64,000 bases of DNA from an uncultured Acidobacteriota bacterium (GTDB lineage: Bacteria; Acidobacteriota; Terriglobia; Acidiferrales; UBA7541): NCBI GenBank assembly GCA_963832975.1, contig CAWHVX010000006.1, positions 912,243 through 976,242 on the forward strand, in the 5' to 3' direction. The notes below the pieces were generated by a model. That model saw only the letters and a list, made by a program, of their open reading frames with translations. It searched no databases and was not told where the DNA came from. This document shows positions 17,175 to 26,630 of this stretch, piece by piece. Made by a program: the position numbers and the translations under genes. Every line of letters starts with the position of its first letter. Within the stretch, counting starts at the first letter, position 1.

Positions 17175-17948
17175 ATGTCTTCGCTGAAATTGACGGTCCT
17201 GGGATCGGGCACATCGATGGGCGTGCCGACGCTCGGCTGCCACTGCGCCGTCTGCGAGTCCTCGGACCCGCACGACAAGCGCACGCGCCCTTCGGTGCTG
17301 CTCTCCTACGGAGGGCACAACGTGGTGATCGACACGACGCCCGATTTCCGCTATCAGGCCATGCGCGCCCACATCGATCGCCTCGACGCCGTCATCTACA
17401 CGCACGCGCATGCCGACCATATCCTCGGGCTCGATGATATTCGCCCGTTCAACCTGAAGCAAAAGGGCGTCGTCCCGATCTACGCTTCCGCGGAAACGCT
17501 CGCGCTTCTCCGCCGCCAGTTCGCCTACATCTTTGACGAAGCGCCGGCGGAAAGCACCGTGCCGCTCGTGGAGCTTCACGCGATCGACGGTCCCTTCGAA
17601 CTTTTCGGCGCAAGAATCATCCCCGTGCCGGCCATGCACGGCTCCCAACCTGTGCTGGGTTTTCGAGTCGGCAGCGTGGCGTATCTCACCGATTTCAGCC
17701 GCGTGCCCGAAAGCTCGAAGGCCCTGCTGCAAGATCTCGATCATCTCATCCTCGACGCGCTGCGCTACGTCCCGCATCCGACGCATTCGACCGTCGAGCA
17801 GTCGCTCGCGCTGGTCCGCGAATTGAAGCCCAAGCACGCCTGGTTCACGCACATCTGCCACGATCTCGGCCACGCCGAGGCCAACGCGCGGCTGCCCGAA
17901 AACGTGCGCCTTGCTTACGATGGACTCGAATTCGAGGCGCCGCTCTGA
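17175..17948 (+). CDS. MBL-fold metallo-hydrolase (PhnP-like)
   Basis: LTVLGSGTSMGVPTLGCHCAVC, HAHADH, and DHLILDAL..HPTHS. Confidence 0.8.
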   Translation: MSSLKLTVLGSGTSMGVPTLGCHCAVCESSDPHDKRTRPSVLLSYGGHNVVIDTTPDFRYQAMRAHIDRLDAVIYTHAHADHILGLDDIRPFNLKQKGVVPIYASAETLALLRRQFAYIFDEAPAESTVPLVELHAIDGPFELFGARIIPVPAMHGSQPVLGFRVGSVAYLTDFSRVPESSKALLQDLDHLILDALRYVPHPTHSTVEQSLALVRELKPKHAWFTHICHDLGHAEANARLPENVRLAYDGLEFEAPL

Positions 17949-18898
17949 TGCCTTTCGCGATCGCGCATTCCGAGGCGGAGTGGGCCGCGCTCTTTGGCGA
18001 GCCCGCTGAGCCCAGCATCGTCACCGTCGGCAATTTCGACGGCGTGCATCTCGGGCACCAGCGCGTCCTGGGAACCGTTCACGAACTTGCTCGCCGGGCC
18101 AATTGCAGATCAGCTGTACTGACGTTTTTCCCTCACCCCGCCAGCGTCCTGCGCCCGAAGGAAGCTCCCCCGCTGCTGATGACGCTCGATCAGCGCCTGG
18201 ACGCAATCCGGCAGCTCGGCATCGACGCCGCATTCGTGCTCCGCTTCGACATGCAGCTCGCCGCGGTTGCCGCGGAAGATTTTGTCCGGCGCTTCCTCGT
18301 CGACATGATGCATGCTCGCACGGTGCTGGTCGGCGGAAACTTCCGCTTCGGTCATCGCCAAGCGGGAGACGTAAAGCTTCTCGTGCAGCTGGGGCAGCGC
18401 TGGGGTTTCGACGTGAAGACGCTGCCGCCGGTGATCAAGGACGGCATCGTCGTCTCAAGCACCGCGATCCGGGGCGCGCTGCGCGAAGGACGCGTCGAAG
18501 ACGCGCGCAGCCTTCTCGGAAGGCCCTACGCGCTGCTCGGCGAAATTCGCACTGGGAGCGGCCTGGGCAGAAAGGTCATCGTCCCGACGCTCAATCTCGC
18601 AACCGAGCAGGAAATGCTGCCCAAGAATGGCGTCTACGCGACGGAGGTTACGCTAGCGGACAAAACCTATCGCGCCGCCACCAACGTGGGCTTCCGGCCC
18701 ACTTTCGACGGCGGCCACATCACCATCGAATCGCACCTCTTCGATTTCAGCGAGAATCTCACGAGCGGGAAAATGGAAGTGCACTTCTGGGCGCGGATGC
18801 GCGACGAGCGGAAGTTTTCCGGTCCCGACGCGCTGCGCCGCCAGGTCTTGAAGGATATCGAGGGAGCTCGCCGCTACTTCGCCGCCATGCCTACATAG
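17948..18898 (+). CDS. ribF: bifunctional riboflavin kinase / FAD synthetase
   Basis: VTVGNFDGVHLGHQ, GGNFRFGH, C-terminal kinase PTLNL..GVYA..NVGFRPTF...ESHLFDF. The start overlaps the preceding stop. Confidence 0.9.
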   Translation: MPFAIAHSEAEWAALFGEPAEPSIVTVGNFDGVHLGHQRVLGTVHELARRANCRSAVLTFFPHPASVLRPKEAPPLLMTLDQRLDAIRQLGIDAAFVLRFDMQLAAVAAEDFVRRFLVDMMHARTVLVGGNFRFGHRQAGDVKLLVQLGQRWGFDVKTLPPVIKDGIVVSSTAIRGALREGRVEDARSLLGRPYALLGEIRTGSGLGRKVIVPTLNLATEQEMLPKNGVYATEVTLADKTYRAATNVGFRPTFDGGHITIESHLFDFSENLTSGKMEVHFWARMRDERKFSGPDALRRQVLKDIEGARRYFAAMPT

Positions 18899-18924
18899 CG
18901 ATGCCTTGTGGCCGTTGACGTTTC

Positions 18925-18958
18925 GGGTGCCCCATCCTCGGTTTGTGAGGGTGGGGTC
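18925..18958 (+). repeat. hairpin repeat GGGTGCCCCATCCTCG-N-GAGGGTGGGG
   Basis: 10-bp stem (one G-U). A second copy is inverted at 26554-26587. Both sit between convergent genes. Confidence 0.75.
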
Positions 18959-18987
18959 TTCGCCAGAGACAGATGCTACAGGTTCGT

Positions 18988-19497
18988 CTAGGAGATGGGT
19001 TCTGCCGACGCTTTCTTGGCCCGGCAGTCGTCGCAGATTCCGCCGACTTCGGTGCGCGCCACCGTGATCTCAATCCCGCAATCGCGCGAAATCTGCTGCT
19101 TCAGCTCTTCGTAGAGCGGGCTTTCCACCTCGCGCACCTTCCCGCAGCGGATGCATGCGACGTGAATGTGGTCGCGCGGGCCGTGGCTTTCGTAGTAGTG
19201 GCGATGGCCGCGCAGGTGGAGCAGATCGAGCTCGTCGATCAGTCCCTGGCGCTTCAGCAGGTCGAGTGTGCGGTAGACGGTGACGCGCGTGATGTCCTTA
19301 TCGATCTGCTGCGCGTTTCCGAGAATTTCTTCCGCGTCCATGTGGCGCGACGCCGATTCGATCACCTGCAGCACCACGCGGCGCTGCTTCGTAAGCCGGA
19401 TACCGCGCCCGCGCAGCTCGCGCTGGAGGCTGCCGTCCGGTTCCTGCGCGTTGATGCGCTCGCCGATCGAAACGCGATGTTCGGGCGTGGCTGACAT
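18988..19497 (-). CDS. Fur-family metalloregulator (Fur/Zur/PerR subtype not resolved)
   Basis: RLTKQRRVVLQVI, VYRTLDLL, HHYY..H.H..C..CG, and C-terminal CDDC. Confidence 0.85.
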   Translation of the reverse strand: MSATPEHRVSIGERINAQEPDGSLQRELRGRGIRLTKQRRVVLQVIESASRHMDAEEILGNAQQIDKDITRVTVYRTLDLLKRQGLIDELDLLHLRGHRHYYESHGPRDHIHVACIRCGKVREVESPLYEELKQQISRDCGIEITVARTEVGGICDDCRAKKASAEPIS

Positions 19498-19594
19498 AAT
19501 TTTCCTGAAAGGTAGTATAGCAGAGACATTCCTCAGCTCGTGCGGCGGAAGCGGGGCTGCAGTGTGAAGCGCAGGACGTCGGAGCGTCTGTAGA

Positions 19595-19654
19595 TGAAAG
19601 CGTGAGCCTTCAGGCTCGCGAAAAATGTGCGGAGATAATCGGACTTTAGCCCCC
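19595..19654 (-). repeat. copy of the GGGGCTAAAG-CC...GCCTGAAGGC-CACGCTT-C multi-hairpin repeat family
   Basis: The reverse complement reads GGGGCTAAAGTCC...GAGCCTGAAGGCTCACGCTTTCA. Confidence 0.65.
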
Positions 19655-19683
19655 GGGCCGCTGTGCAGCTGCGACGACGAGTT

Positions 19684-20760
19684 CTAGTGCCCGCGCGTCT
19701 GGATCACGCGCAAAATATCGCTATACATCACGAAAGCGAAAACGCTCAGCAGGAAGACGAGCCCCACCTGCACGAACCGTTCCTTGAACGCGAGACTCAG
19801 CTCGCGGCGGAGCAATCCCTCAATCGCCAGCATCAGCACGTGCCCGCCATCCAGGATCGGTATCGGCAGCAGATTGAGCAGGCCCAGATTCAGGCTGATC
19901 GCGGCGGTTAAGAACAGCAAGGTCATCGGACCCGATTTCGCGGCTTGGCCCGAAAGCTGGACGATTCCTACCGGGCCCGCCAGGTCGTGCACCGAAACCT
20001 TGCCGTCGAAGAGCCCCACGAGAACGTCGCCGATCTGCTGCGTCTCGTAGATTGTTTCCCGGACCGCGTGTTTCGCCCCTCCGACGAATCCATCGCGCGG
20101 CCTGCCCTGCTGAGAATCAATCGTCGCTCCGATCAGCCACGTCAAGCCGTCGCTATCGGGCGCTTTCGCGTGCATGGGCGTGATGGTCAACGGCAGTATT
20201 TTGCCGTCCCGCCCGATCGAAAACTGGATCGGGTGCCCATCCGAACCGCGAATTGCAGCCACCGATTCCGCCGACGTGTCGACGGATTTGCCGCCGATCG
20301 AAAGGATGATGTCGCCCGATTTCAATCCGCTCTTATCAGCCGCCGATCCTGACTGCACTTGATCGATGGTGGGCGGCACGTAGGGAATGCCGACGGACGC
20401 GTAGATGCCCCAGAGGATCAGGAATGTCAGCGCGATATTCGTGGCGGGCCCGGCGATCGCGATCAGGAAACGCTGCCAGCGAGGACGCGACAGAAATTCG
20501 TAGGGAGCGCCCGTGCGCTCTTCGACGGGATTGTCGCCGGCCATGCGCACGTAGCCGCCGAGCGGCAGCGCGCTCACGCGATAATCCGTGTCGCCGCGCT
20601 TCACGCCCCACAGCCGCTTGCCGAAGCCGATCGAAAAAACGTCCACGCGAACGCCGCAGAGCTTCGCGACGATGAAGTGTCCCCACTCATGCACCAGCAC
20701 CAAGACGCCCAATACGATGGCGCCGGCGACGATCGCCCGCAAAAACGCGACAGCTTCCAT
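19684..20760 (-). CDS. rseP: RIP site-2 metalloprotease RseP
   Basis: HEWGHF zinc motif, PDZ segment (GLKSGDIILSIGG), and LNLLPIPILDGGH. Confidence 0.9.
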   Translation of the reverse strand: MEAVAFLRAIVAGAIVLGVLVLVHEWGHFIVAKLCGVRVDVFSIGFGKRLWGVKRGDTDYRVSALPLGGYVRMAGDNPVEERTGAPYEFLSRPRWQRFLIAIAGPATNIALTFLILWGIYASVGIPYVPPTIDQVQSGSAADKSGLKSGDIILSIGGKSVDTSAESVAAIRGSDGHPIQFSIGRDGKILPLTITPMHAKAPDSDGLTWLIGATIDSQQGRPRDGFVGGAKHAVRETIYETQQIGDVLVGLFDGKVSVHDLAGPVGIVQLSGQAAKSGPMTLLFLTAAISLNLGLLNLLPIPILDGGHVLMLAIEGLLRRELSLAFKERFVQVGLVFLLSVFAFVMYSDILRVIQTRGH

Positions 20761-20800
20761 GGTCCCTCAGCTCGTTTGGGTTGGATTCAGTCGATCACTC

Positions 20801-20806
20801 ATTCTA
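20801..20806 (-). promoter_or_regulatory. -10 box TAGAAT (minus strand) between dxr and rseP
   Basis: The minus strand reads CTGTAGAATGAG about 40 nt upstream of rseP ATG 20760. Confidence 0.3.
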
Positions 20807-20888
20807 CAGAATTCGCTTCCGTTTGAAAATGCGTCCGGAGCGGGGATGGTACCCAAAAGCATACCGCCGCATTTGCTGCGCCTCAAGT

Positions 20889-22109
20889 TCAGTGCGCCAG
20901 CCGTTTCGCGCTTCGCCCTGAAAACTTCTTGATCTCGAGATGCGCCAGCCGCCGCGCCTCCGCGTCCGCCGCGATCACGTCGCCGATGCTGCGCAGCGGG
21001 CTGCGCGGCATATGCTCGAGCACCCCCTCGACCGTCGCCGCGATGCCCAGAAACGGCAGCCGCCGATCGAGAAACGCCGCCACGGCCACTTCGTCCGCCG
21101 CATTCAGCGCGCACGGCAGCGGGCCGCCCTCGCGAATCGCCGCTTTCGCAAGTTCCAGGCAAGGGAATTTTCGCGCCGGCACTTCCGCAAAGTCGAGCTT
21201 TTTCAGTGCGGACCAATCGAGCTCACAGCCATTAGATGCAACTCGATCTGGAAACGTTAGCGCGTATTGAATCGGCATGCGCATATCGGTCGGGCCAAGC
21301 TGCGCGACGATCGACCCATCCACAAACTCGACCATCGAGTGAATCGTCGACTGCGGATGGATTACCACGCGGATCTTGTCGAGGCCCACCCCGAAAAGCC
21401 AGCACGCTTCGATCACCTCAAAACCCTTGTTCATCAACGTGGCGGAATCGATCGTGATGCGCCGGCCCATGTTCCAGTTGGGATGCGCCAGCGCCTGCTT
21501 CGGCGTCACTTTGCTGAGCTGCGAAATCGGCGTTTTGCGGAAGGGCCCGCCCGATGCCGTCAGGACGAGCCGTTTTACTTCGCGGGACTCGCCGGCCCGG
21601 AGGCACTGGTGGATCGCGTTGTGCTCGCTATCGACTGGCAGCAGCGCAACGCCATGCCGCGCCACCGCAGCCATCACCACTTCGCCGGCTGCCACAAGCA
21701 CTTCCTTGTTCGCCAGCGCGATGTCGCGGCCCAGCTCTATCGCCTTGTAAGTCGCGGGCAAGCCGACAACGCCCACCGCTGCCGAGACGACCGTCTGCGC
21801 ATCGGGATGCGTCGCAACGCGCTCGATTCCCTCCGCGCCGAATACGATTTCCGGCAGCCTCGTGTCGCCGCCTTTGGCGCCGCTCTTATCCCGCGCGTCT
21901 TTGAGCCGTGCGCAAAGCTCGGACGCATCCGCTTCCGTCGCCACCGACACCAGCGCCGGCTTGTGCCGCCGCGCCTGCTGGGCAACCAGCTTCACATTCG
22001 AGCCCGCCGCCAGCGCCATCACTTCGAAGCGCCCCGGCAGCGAATCCACCACGCTCAGGCATTGCCGCCCGATCGATCCCGTCGAACCCAATATCGCGAT
22101 TTTCTTCAT
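20889..22109 (-). CDS. dxr: 1-deoxy-D-xylulose 5-phosphate reductoisomerase
   Basis: MKKIAILGSTGSIG, LPVDSEHNAI, NKGFEVIEA and HPQSTIHSMVEF. Confidence 0.95.
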   Translation of the reverse strand: MKKIAILGSTGSIGRQCLSVVDSLPGRFEVMALAAGSNVKLVAQQARRHKPALVSVATEADASELCARLKDARDKSGAKGGDTRLPEIVFGAEGIERVATHPDAQTVVSAAVGVVGLPATYKAIELGRDIALANKEVLVAAGEVVMAAVARHGVALLPVDSEHNAIHQCLRAGESREVKRLVLTASGGPFRKTPISQLSKVTPKQALAHPNWNMGRRITIDSATLMNKGFEVIEACWLFGVGLDKIRVVIHPQSTIHSMVEFVDGSIVAQLGPTDMRMPIQYALTFPDRVASNGCELDWSALKKLDFAEVPARKFPCLELAKAAIREGGPLPCALNAADEVAVAAFLDRRLPFLGIAATVEGVLEHMPRSPLRSIGDVIAADAEARRLAHLEIKKFSGRSAKRLAH

Positions 22110-22233
22110 GCGCCCGTAATTCTATAGGCGTTTCCCGCAATTTGCGAACGTCACACAGGTAATCTTTCCGACGTATGTCGAATTCAGCAGCCGATTAAAT
22201 CCCGGGCGTCCGGATAGAGCAGATGCGTCCGTT

Positions 22234-22839
22234 TTATTTGCAGTCGTCCCAGTCCTCGCTGGTGAAAAAGCGAACCACGTACCAATGACTCTCTAAACGG
22301 CTCACTTCGTCGACCGCGCAGGGTAGGCCGTCGAATTTGCCCGGTTGACGACCCGAGACAGCTGCTGAAAGTGAATTGGTGGGGTCAAAAACAAGATAGG
22401 CCGTCGTGTCCTGCCCAGCAAAGCCCCAACCATCCCACTCGACATGCTTCAACTCCCCGTTTGGCGGAGCATGCTGTGCTAAGACTTTCTCCTTATAGCT
22501 ACGCGACCAGACGAGCCATTTCGCGGTCGTGCGGATCGCGGAGGGATGGTAGGTGTGAAAAACAAAGGCGAATATTGAAACGACCCAAAGGGTCGCCAAT
22601 GTGACCAGCACGGTCAGGCGCCTTCGGCGGGCTTTGATGAAAATCGCGTAAGAAAGTAGCGCAATGCTGAAGACAATCAAAATCGGAACAAGAACGAACA
22701 AATACAGGATAAGCGCGGTGTCCAGCTGGCAGACACCGACCAAAACGAAAATGACACACGCGACGAATCCGGCCAATAGGGGTGGCCGCCAAACAATCGG
22801 ATTCGACTCAGGTGCTTTCTCGGCCATCTGCCCCCGCAA
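22234..22839 (-). CDS. hypothetical membrane protein (3 TM plus soluble C-domain)
   Basis: AT-richer ORF. TM segments LLAGFVACVIFVLVG, ALILYLFVLVPILIVFSIALLSYAIF, VLVTLATLWVVSIFAFVF. No family recognised. Confidence 0.55.
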   Translation of the reverse strand: MRGQMAEKAPESNPIVWRPPLLAGFVACVIFVLVGVCQLDTALILYLFVLVPILIVFSIALLSYAIFIKARRRRLTVLVTLATLWVVSIFAFVFHTYHPSAIRTTAKWLVWSRSYKEKVLAQHAPPNGELKHVEWDGWGFAGQDTTAYLVFDPTNSLSAAVSGRQPGKFDGLPCAVDEVSRLESHWYVVRFFTSEDWDDCK

Positions 22840-22949
22840 GGTTGGCTAAGAAGCAAGATTATCGCACTGTTTCCTTCAACGCTTATCTTCTAGGCCCGAG
22901 AGTGCTAAATTATGGGCGCTCGAAACCCCGACAACTTGAGGAGACGCCC

Positions 22950-23411
22950 ATGACCCGAATCATGCAGAAATTCGCGCTCGCTGTCGCTGCGCTCGCGCTC
23001 GTGCTTGCCTTTGCGTCCTTCGCGAATGCCAGGCCCGCGCCCGAGCGGCATGCCAACTACCTTCATGCGCTCGCCGATCTGCGCTTTGCGCGCGCCTTGA
23101 TTTCAAATCCCGATAGCGGACGAATCCAGGATCCCGAGCGCCAAGCCATGGCGGAAATCGACGCCGCCATCAGCGAACTGAAAGCCGCGGGCATCGACGA
23201 CGGCAAGGATCTCAACGACCATCCGGGAATCGATTCGCATCTTCGCTGGATTCCGCGGCTGAACAAGGCCGGCAAGGTTCTCGACAACGCGCATGATGAA
23301 GTCGCCAAGGAAGAGGACGATCCATCGGCGCAGGGTCTTCAAGGACGCATCCTCGAACATATCGGCAAAGCGCGCCGCCACGTAGAAGAAGCTATCGCCA
23401 CCGAACAGTAG
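22950..23411 (+). CDS. hypothetical secreted helical protein (153 aa)
   Basis: ATG 22950 after GAGGAGA. Signal peptide MTRIMQKFALAVAALALVLAFASFANA. No family recognised. Confidence 0.55.
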   Translation: MTRIMQKFALAVAALALVLAFASFANARPAPERHANYLHALADLRFARALISNPDSGRIQDPERQAMAEIDAAISELKAAGIDDGKDLNDHPGIDSHLRWIPRLNKAGKVLDNAHDEVAKEEDDPSAQGLQGRILEHIGKARRHVEEAIATEQ

Positions 23412-23526
23412 CGCGCCGCCTGCGCGGGTCGTTCGCCGCGGCGAACGACCCCAACGTGTGTGCCCCACCGCAGCTGCCATCGCGCTGTGATACGATGTTC
23501 CCTGAAGTTCTAGGACGAAAAACAAT

Positions 23527-25200
23527 TTGAGCACATCTTCTTCGTTGTGGGCCATTCCGCTGGGCGGACTCGGCGAGTTCGGCATGAACATGATGGCCCT
23601 TCGCTTCGGCGACGACATCATCGTGATCGACGCCGGCCTGATGTTTCCCGAGCAGGAACTGCTCGGCGTCGACATCGTCATCCCCGACATCACGTACCTC
23701 AAGCAGAACAAGCGCATGGTGCGCGCGATCATCCTGACGCACGCGCACGAGGATCACATTGGCGCGATTCCCTACATTCTCGGCGACCTCAACGTGCCCA
23801 TTTACGGCACGAAGTTCACGCTCGCGCTGGTGCGCAAGAAACTCGAAGAGCACGGCCTGCTCGATTCCGCCAAGCTGCACGAAGTGGCGCCGGGCGACAC
23901 GACCACGCTCGGCCCATTTCACATCGAGTATCTGCATGTGACGCACAGCACGATCGATTGCGTCGCGCTCGCGGTGCGCACTCCTGTCGGCGTCGTCATC
24001 CACACAGGCGATTTCAAAATCGATCCGACTCCCGTCGACGGCAAACCTTTCGACCTGCATGCGTTTGCAAGATACGGGCAGGAGGGCGTGCTCGCGCTCT
24101 TCAGCGATAGCACCAACGTCGAGCGCCCCGGATTCACACCCTCCGAGCGCGCCGTTGTCGTACGCCTGGAAGAACTTTTTCGCGCGGCACCCGAAAAAGT
24201 CGTCGTCTCCTGCTTCTCGAGCTCGGTTCACCGGATTCAGCAAGTGATTGATATCGCGCGCGGTGTCGGCCGCAAAATCGGATTTGTCGGGCGCAGCATG
24301 GTCGACAACATCGAGATCGCGCACGGCCTCAATAAGCTGCGCATTCCCGACGGCAGCGTGGTGCGGCCGCAGGATATTCGCAGCTTCGATCCAAAGCGGC
24401 TCGTGGTGCTCGCGAGCGGGACGCAGGCCGAACCGATGTCCGCGCTCTCGCGGATCGCCGTCGATAATCACCGGCTGCTCAGCGTCAACGAAAACGACAC
24501 CGTGATTCTCTCGGCCCGCATTATTCCCGGAAACGAAAAAGCGATTTTCCGCATGATCGATCATCTTTTCCGCCGCCGCGTTCTCGTCTATTACGAGAGC
24601 GGGCGCTCGGCGCCGATCCACGTTTCCGGCCACGCCAGCCAGGAGGAAATGAAGATCCTGCTGCAGCTCGTGCGCCCGAAGTTTTTCATTCCGGTGCACG
24701 GCGAATACCGGCATCTCTTCCGGCACGCGGCGCTCGCCGAGCAAGTAGGAGCCGTTTCAGGCCAGATTTTCCTGCTCGAAAGCGGCCATCCGCTCGAATT
24801 CACGGCGGACGGCAGGGCCTACGAGCGCGAGCCGGTTCCCGCTGGACGCGTAATGGTGGATTCAGGCTCGCTTGAAGAGATCGAGGACGTGGTGATCCGG
24901 GACCGGAAGCATCTGTCTGAGGATGGCGTGGTCGTCCCGATCATCGCCATCGACAAGCACACGGGCCGCGTGGAAATCTCGCCGGAAATCGTGACGCGCG
25001 GATTCCTACCGAGCGACGACGGACAGGCGATTCTCACGAAGGCGCGCGAAGTGATCCTGAAAACGATCGAAGAATCCAGCGCCGAAGAAAAAATGGACTG
25101 GAGCGTGATCAAGGAGAAGATTCGCGTCGACCTGAAGCGCTATCTGAATAAGCAAACCTCGAAGCGGCCGCTGATTCTTCCCGTGATTCTCGAAGTCTGA
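23527..25200 (+). CDS. rnj: ribonuclease J
   Basis: PLGGLGEFGMNM, THAHEDHIGA, beta-CASP and C-terminal domains (HVSGHASQEE, IPVHGEYRH). TTG start. Confidence 0.9.
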   Translation: MSTSSSLWAIPLGGLGEFGMNMMALRFGDDIIVIDAGLMFPEQELLGVDIVIPDITYLKQNKRMVRAIILTHAHEDHIGAIPYILGDLNVPIYGTKFTLALVRKKLEEHGLLDSAKLHEVAPGDTTTLGPFHIEYLHVTHSTIDCVALAVRTPVGVVIHTGDFKIDPTPVDGKPFDLHAFARYGQEGVLALFSDSTNVERPGFTPSERAVVVRLEELFRAAPEKVVVSCFSSSVHRIQQVIDIARGVGRKIGFVGRSMVDNIEIAHGLNKLRIPDGSVVRPQDIRSFDPKRLVVLASGTQAEPMSALSRIAVDNHRLLSVNENDTVILSARIIPGNEKAIFRMIDHLFRRRVLVYYESGRSAPIHVSGHASQEEMKILLQLVRPKFFIPVHGEYRHLFRHAALAEQVGAVSGQIFLLESGHPLEFTADGRAYEREPVPAGRVMVDSGSLEEIEDVVIRDRKHLSEDGVVVPIIAIDKHTGRVEISPEIVTRGFLPSDDGQAILTKAREVILKTIEESSAEEKMDWSVIKEKIRVDLKRYLNKQTSKRPLILPVILEV

Positions 25201-25347
25201 AACGCGCGCAAAAACCTGCTCCGACAGGGGGGTCAACGAGTCCCTCGTCGGGAGGTTAAATGGCCGCGAAAAGCCAAAAAATCGCTCCGTTTGATACTCT
25301 GAGCTCCGTTGTTTGCGATGGAGCAGCGCGGCGGCCTCGCAAGGGGC

Positions 25348-25377
25348 TTGACAGTTCGCCTTTTATTCGCCTACCAT
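25348..25377 (+). promoter_or_regulatory. sigma-70-like promoter candidate TTGACA-18nt-TACCAT
   Basis: Perfect -35 hexamer at 25348-25353 and TAnnnT at 25372-25377, about 40 nt before ATG 25419. Confidence 0.4.
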
Positions 25378-25418
25378 CTTGCGCGTCAAATCCATCCGCC
25401 AACCCGCGAGGAGGACCC

Positions 25419-25901
25419 ATGGACCACAAGGATTTCTTCATCAGCTACTGGGAAAGGGAGGCGCTGGCCACACGCAAAGTGATCAGCCGGATCCCGGAGG
25501 ACCGCAGCGACTATCGAGCCGATCCCAAGGCGCGGACGGCGCGAGAGATTGCGTGGCTCATTGTGCGGGAAGAGGCTGTGCTCGTCGAATCCATGGAAAG
25601 AGGCTGGTTCACCTGGGCCGAAGTTCCCTGCCCCGACAAGGTCGGCGAGGTGATCGCGCAGTACGACCGGCAGCATGATGATTTGACCAAGCGCCTCCAC
25701 GCCGTTCCCGCGTCGCACTTCGAAGAGAAACTTCCGTTCATGATGGACGGAAAGGAAGTGATGCGGGAAACCGGCTACCATATGGCCTGGGGGTTCCTGC
25801 TGGACCAGATCCATCACCGTGGCCAACTCTCGACATACCTGCGGCCCATGGGCGCGAAGGTGCCCGCGATCTACGGGGCAAGCGCCGACGAGCAGGCGTA
25901 G
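25419..25901 (+). CDS. DinB-superfamily protein
   Basis: ATG 25419 after GAGGAGGA. 160 aa with the DinB_2-like His pattern (..LLDQIHHRGQLSTYLR..). Confidence 0.7.
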   Translation: MDHKDFFISYWEREALATRKVISRIPEDRSDYRADPKARTAREIAWLIVREEAVLVESMERGWFTWAEVPCPDKVGEVIAQYDRQHDDLTKRLHAVPASHFEEKLPFMMDGKEVMRETGYHMAWGFLLDQIHHRGQLSTYLRPMGAKVPAIYGASADEQA

Positions 25902-25925
25902 TTTGCCGGCGCGAGGCGTGCTGCC

Positions 25926-26435
25926 ATGAGCGGCGCGTCGATGCGCCGCGCCTCGAACGCGTTTCAACTGCGGGAATACCGGCCGCAGGATTTCGAAACG
26001 CTCTACGAAATCGATCAGGCGTGCTACGAGCCTGCGATTGCTTATTCGCGGCGCGAGCTTCGCAATTATCTGCGCTTCCCTGGCGCGGATTGCGTCGTGG
26101 GTGAGGCGGAGATTGCGGGAAAAACCAGAAGCAAAGCGCACAAATCATCGATCGGCGGATTTTGCATCACTGCGCATGAAGATGATTGGGGGTACATCAT
26201 TACGATCGATGTCGTCGAAGCGCACCGGCGGCATGGGCTCGGGACGTTGCTTCTCGCCAAGGCGGAGCGCCGGCTCGCGGCGAATGGCGCGAGCGAGATC
26301 GCGCTGGATACCGCGGTCAACAATAGCGCCGCAATCGCCTTCTGGCAGAAGCATGGGTATCGGATTCGCGGCACGCGCGAGGGCTACTATCCCGGCGGCG
26401 TCGATGCTTATGCGATGGCGAAGAGAATCGGGTGA
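25926..26435 (+). CDS. GNAT-family N-acetyltransferase (RimI-like)
   Basis: VVEAHRRHGLGTLLLAKAE (Q/RxxGxG/A loop) and AIAFWQKHGY. Confidence 0.8.
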   Translation: MSGASMRRASNAFQLREYRPQDFETLYEIDQACYEPAIAYSRRELRNYLRFPGADCVVGEAEIAGKTRSKAHKSSIGGFCITAHEDDWGYIITIDVVEAHRRHGLGTLLLAKAERRLAANGASEIALDTAVNNSAAIAFWQKHGYRIRGTREGYYPGGVDAYAMAKRIG

Positions 26436-26553
26436 GATTAGTCAGAGGGAAAGCACGCCTTTGGAAATCGAAGCGGCTACAAAGACGCAAAGCGATCGAA
26501 TGGGCTGCTCGCTGCGATTACAGGGTAAGTGTCGCGCTAGGTGACGCGGAGGT

Positions 26554-26587
26554 CCCACCCTCGCAAACTGCGCGAGGATGGGGCACC
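26554..26587 (-). repeat. inverted copy of the CCCCATCCTCG...GAGGGTGGGG hairpin repeat
   Basis: CCCACCCTCGCAAACTGCGCGAGGATGGGGCACCC, between the convergent GNAT and SBBP genes. Confidence 0.75.
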
Positions 26588-26630
26588 CAGAAAGGCAAAA
26601 GCTACGCTCGCGTTGCCGCAAACCGCTCCA

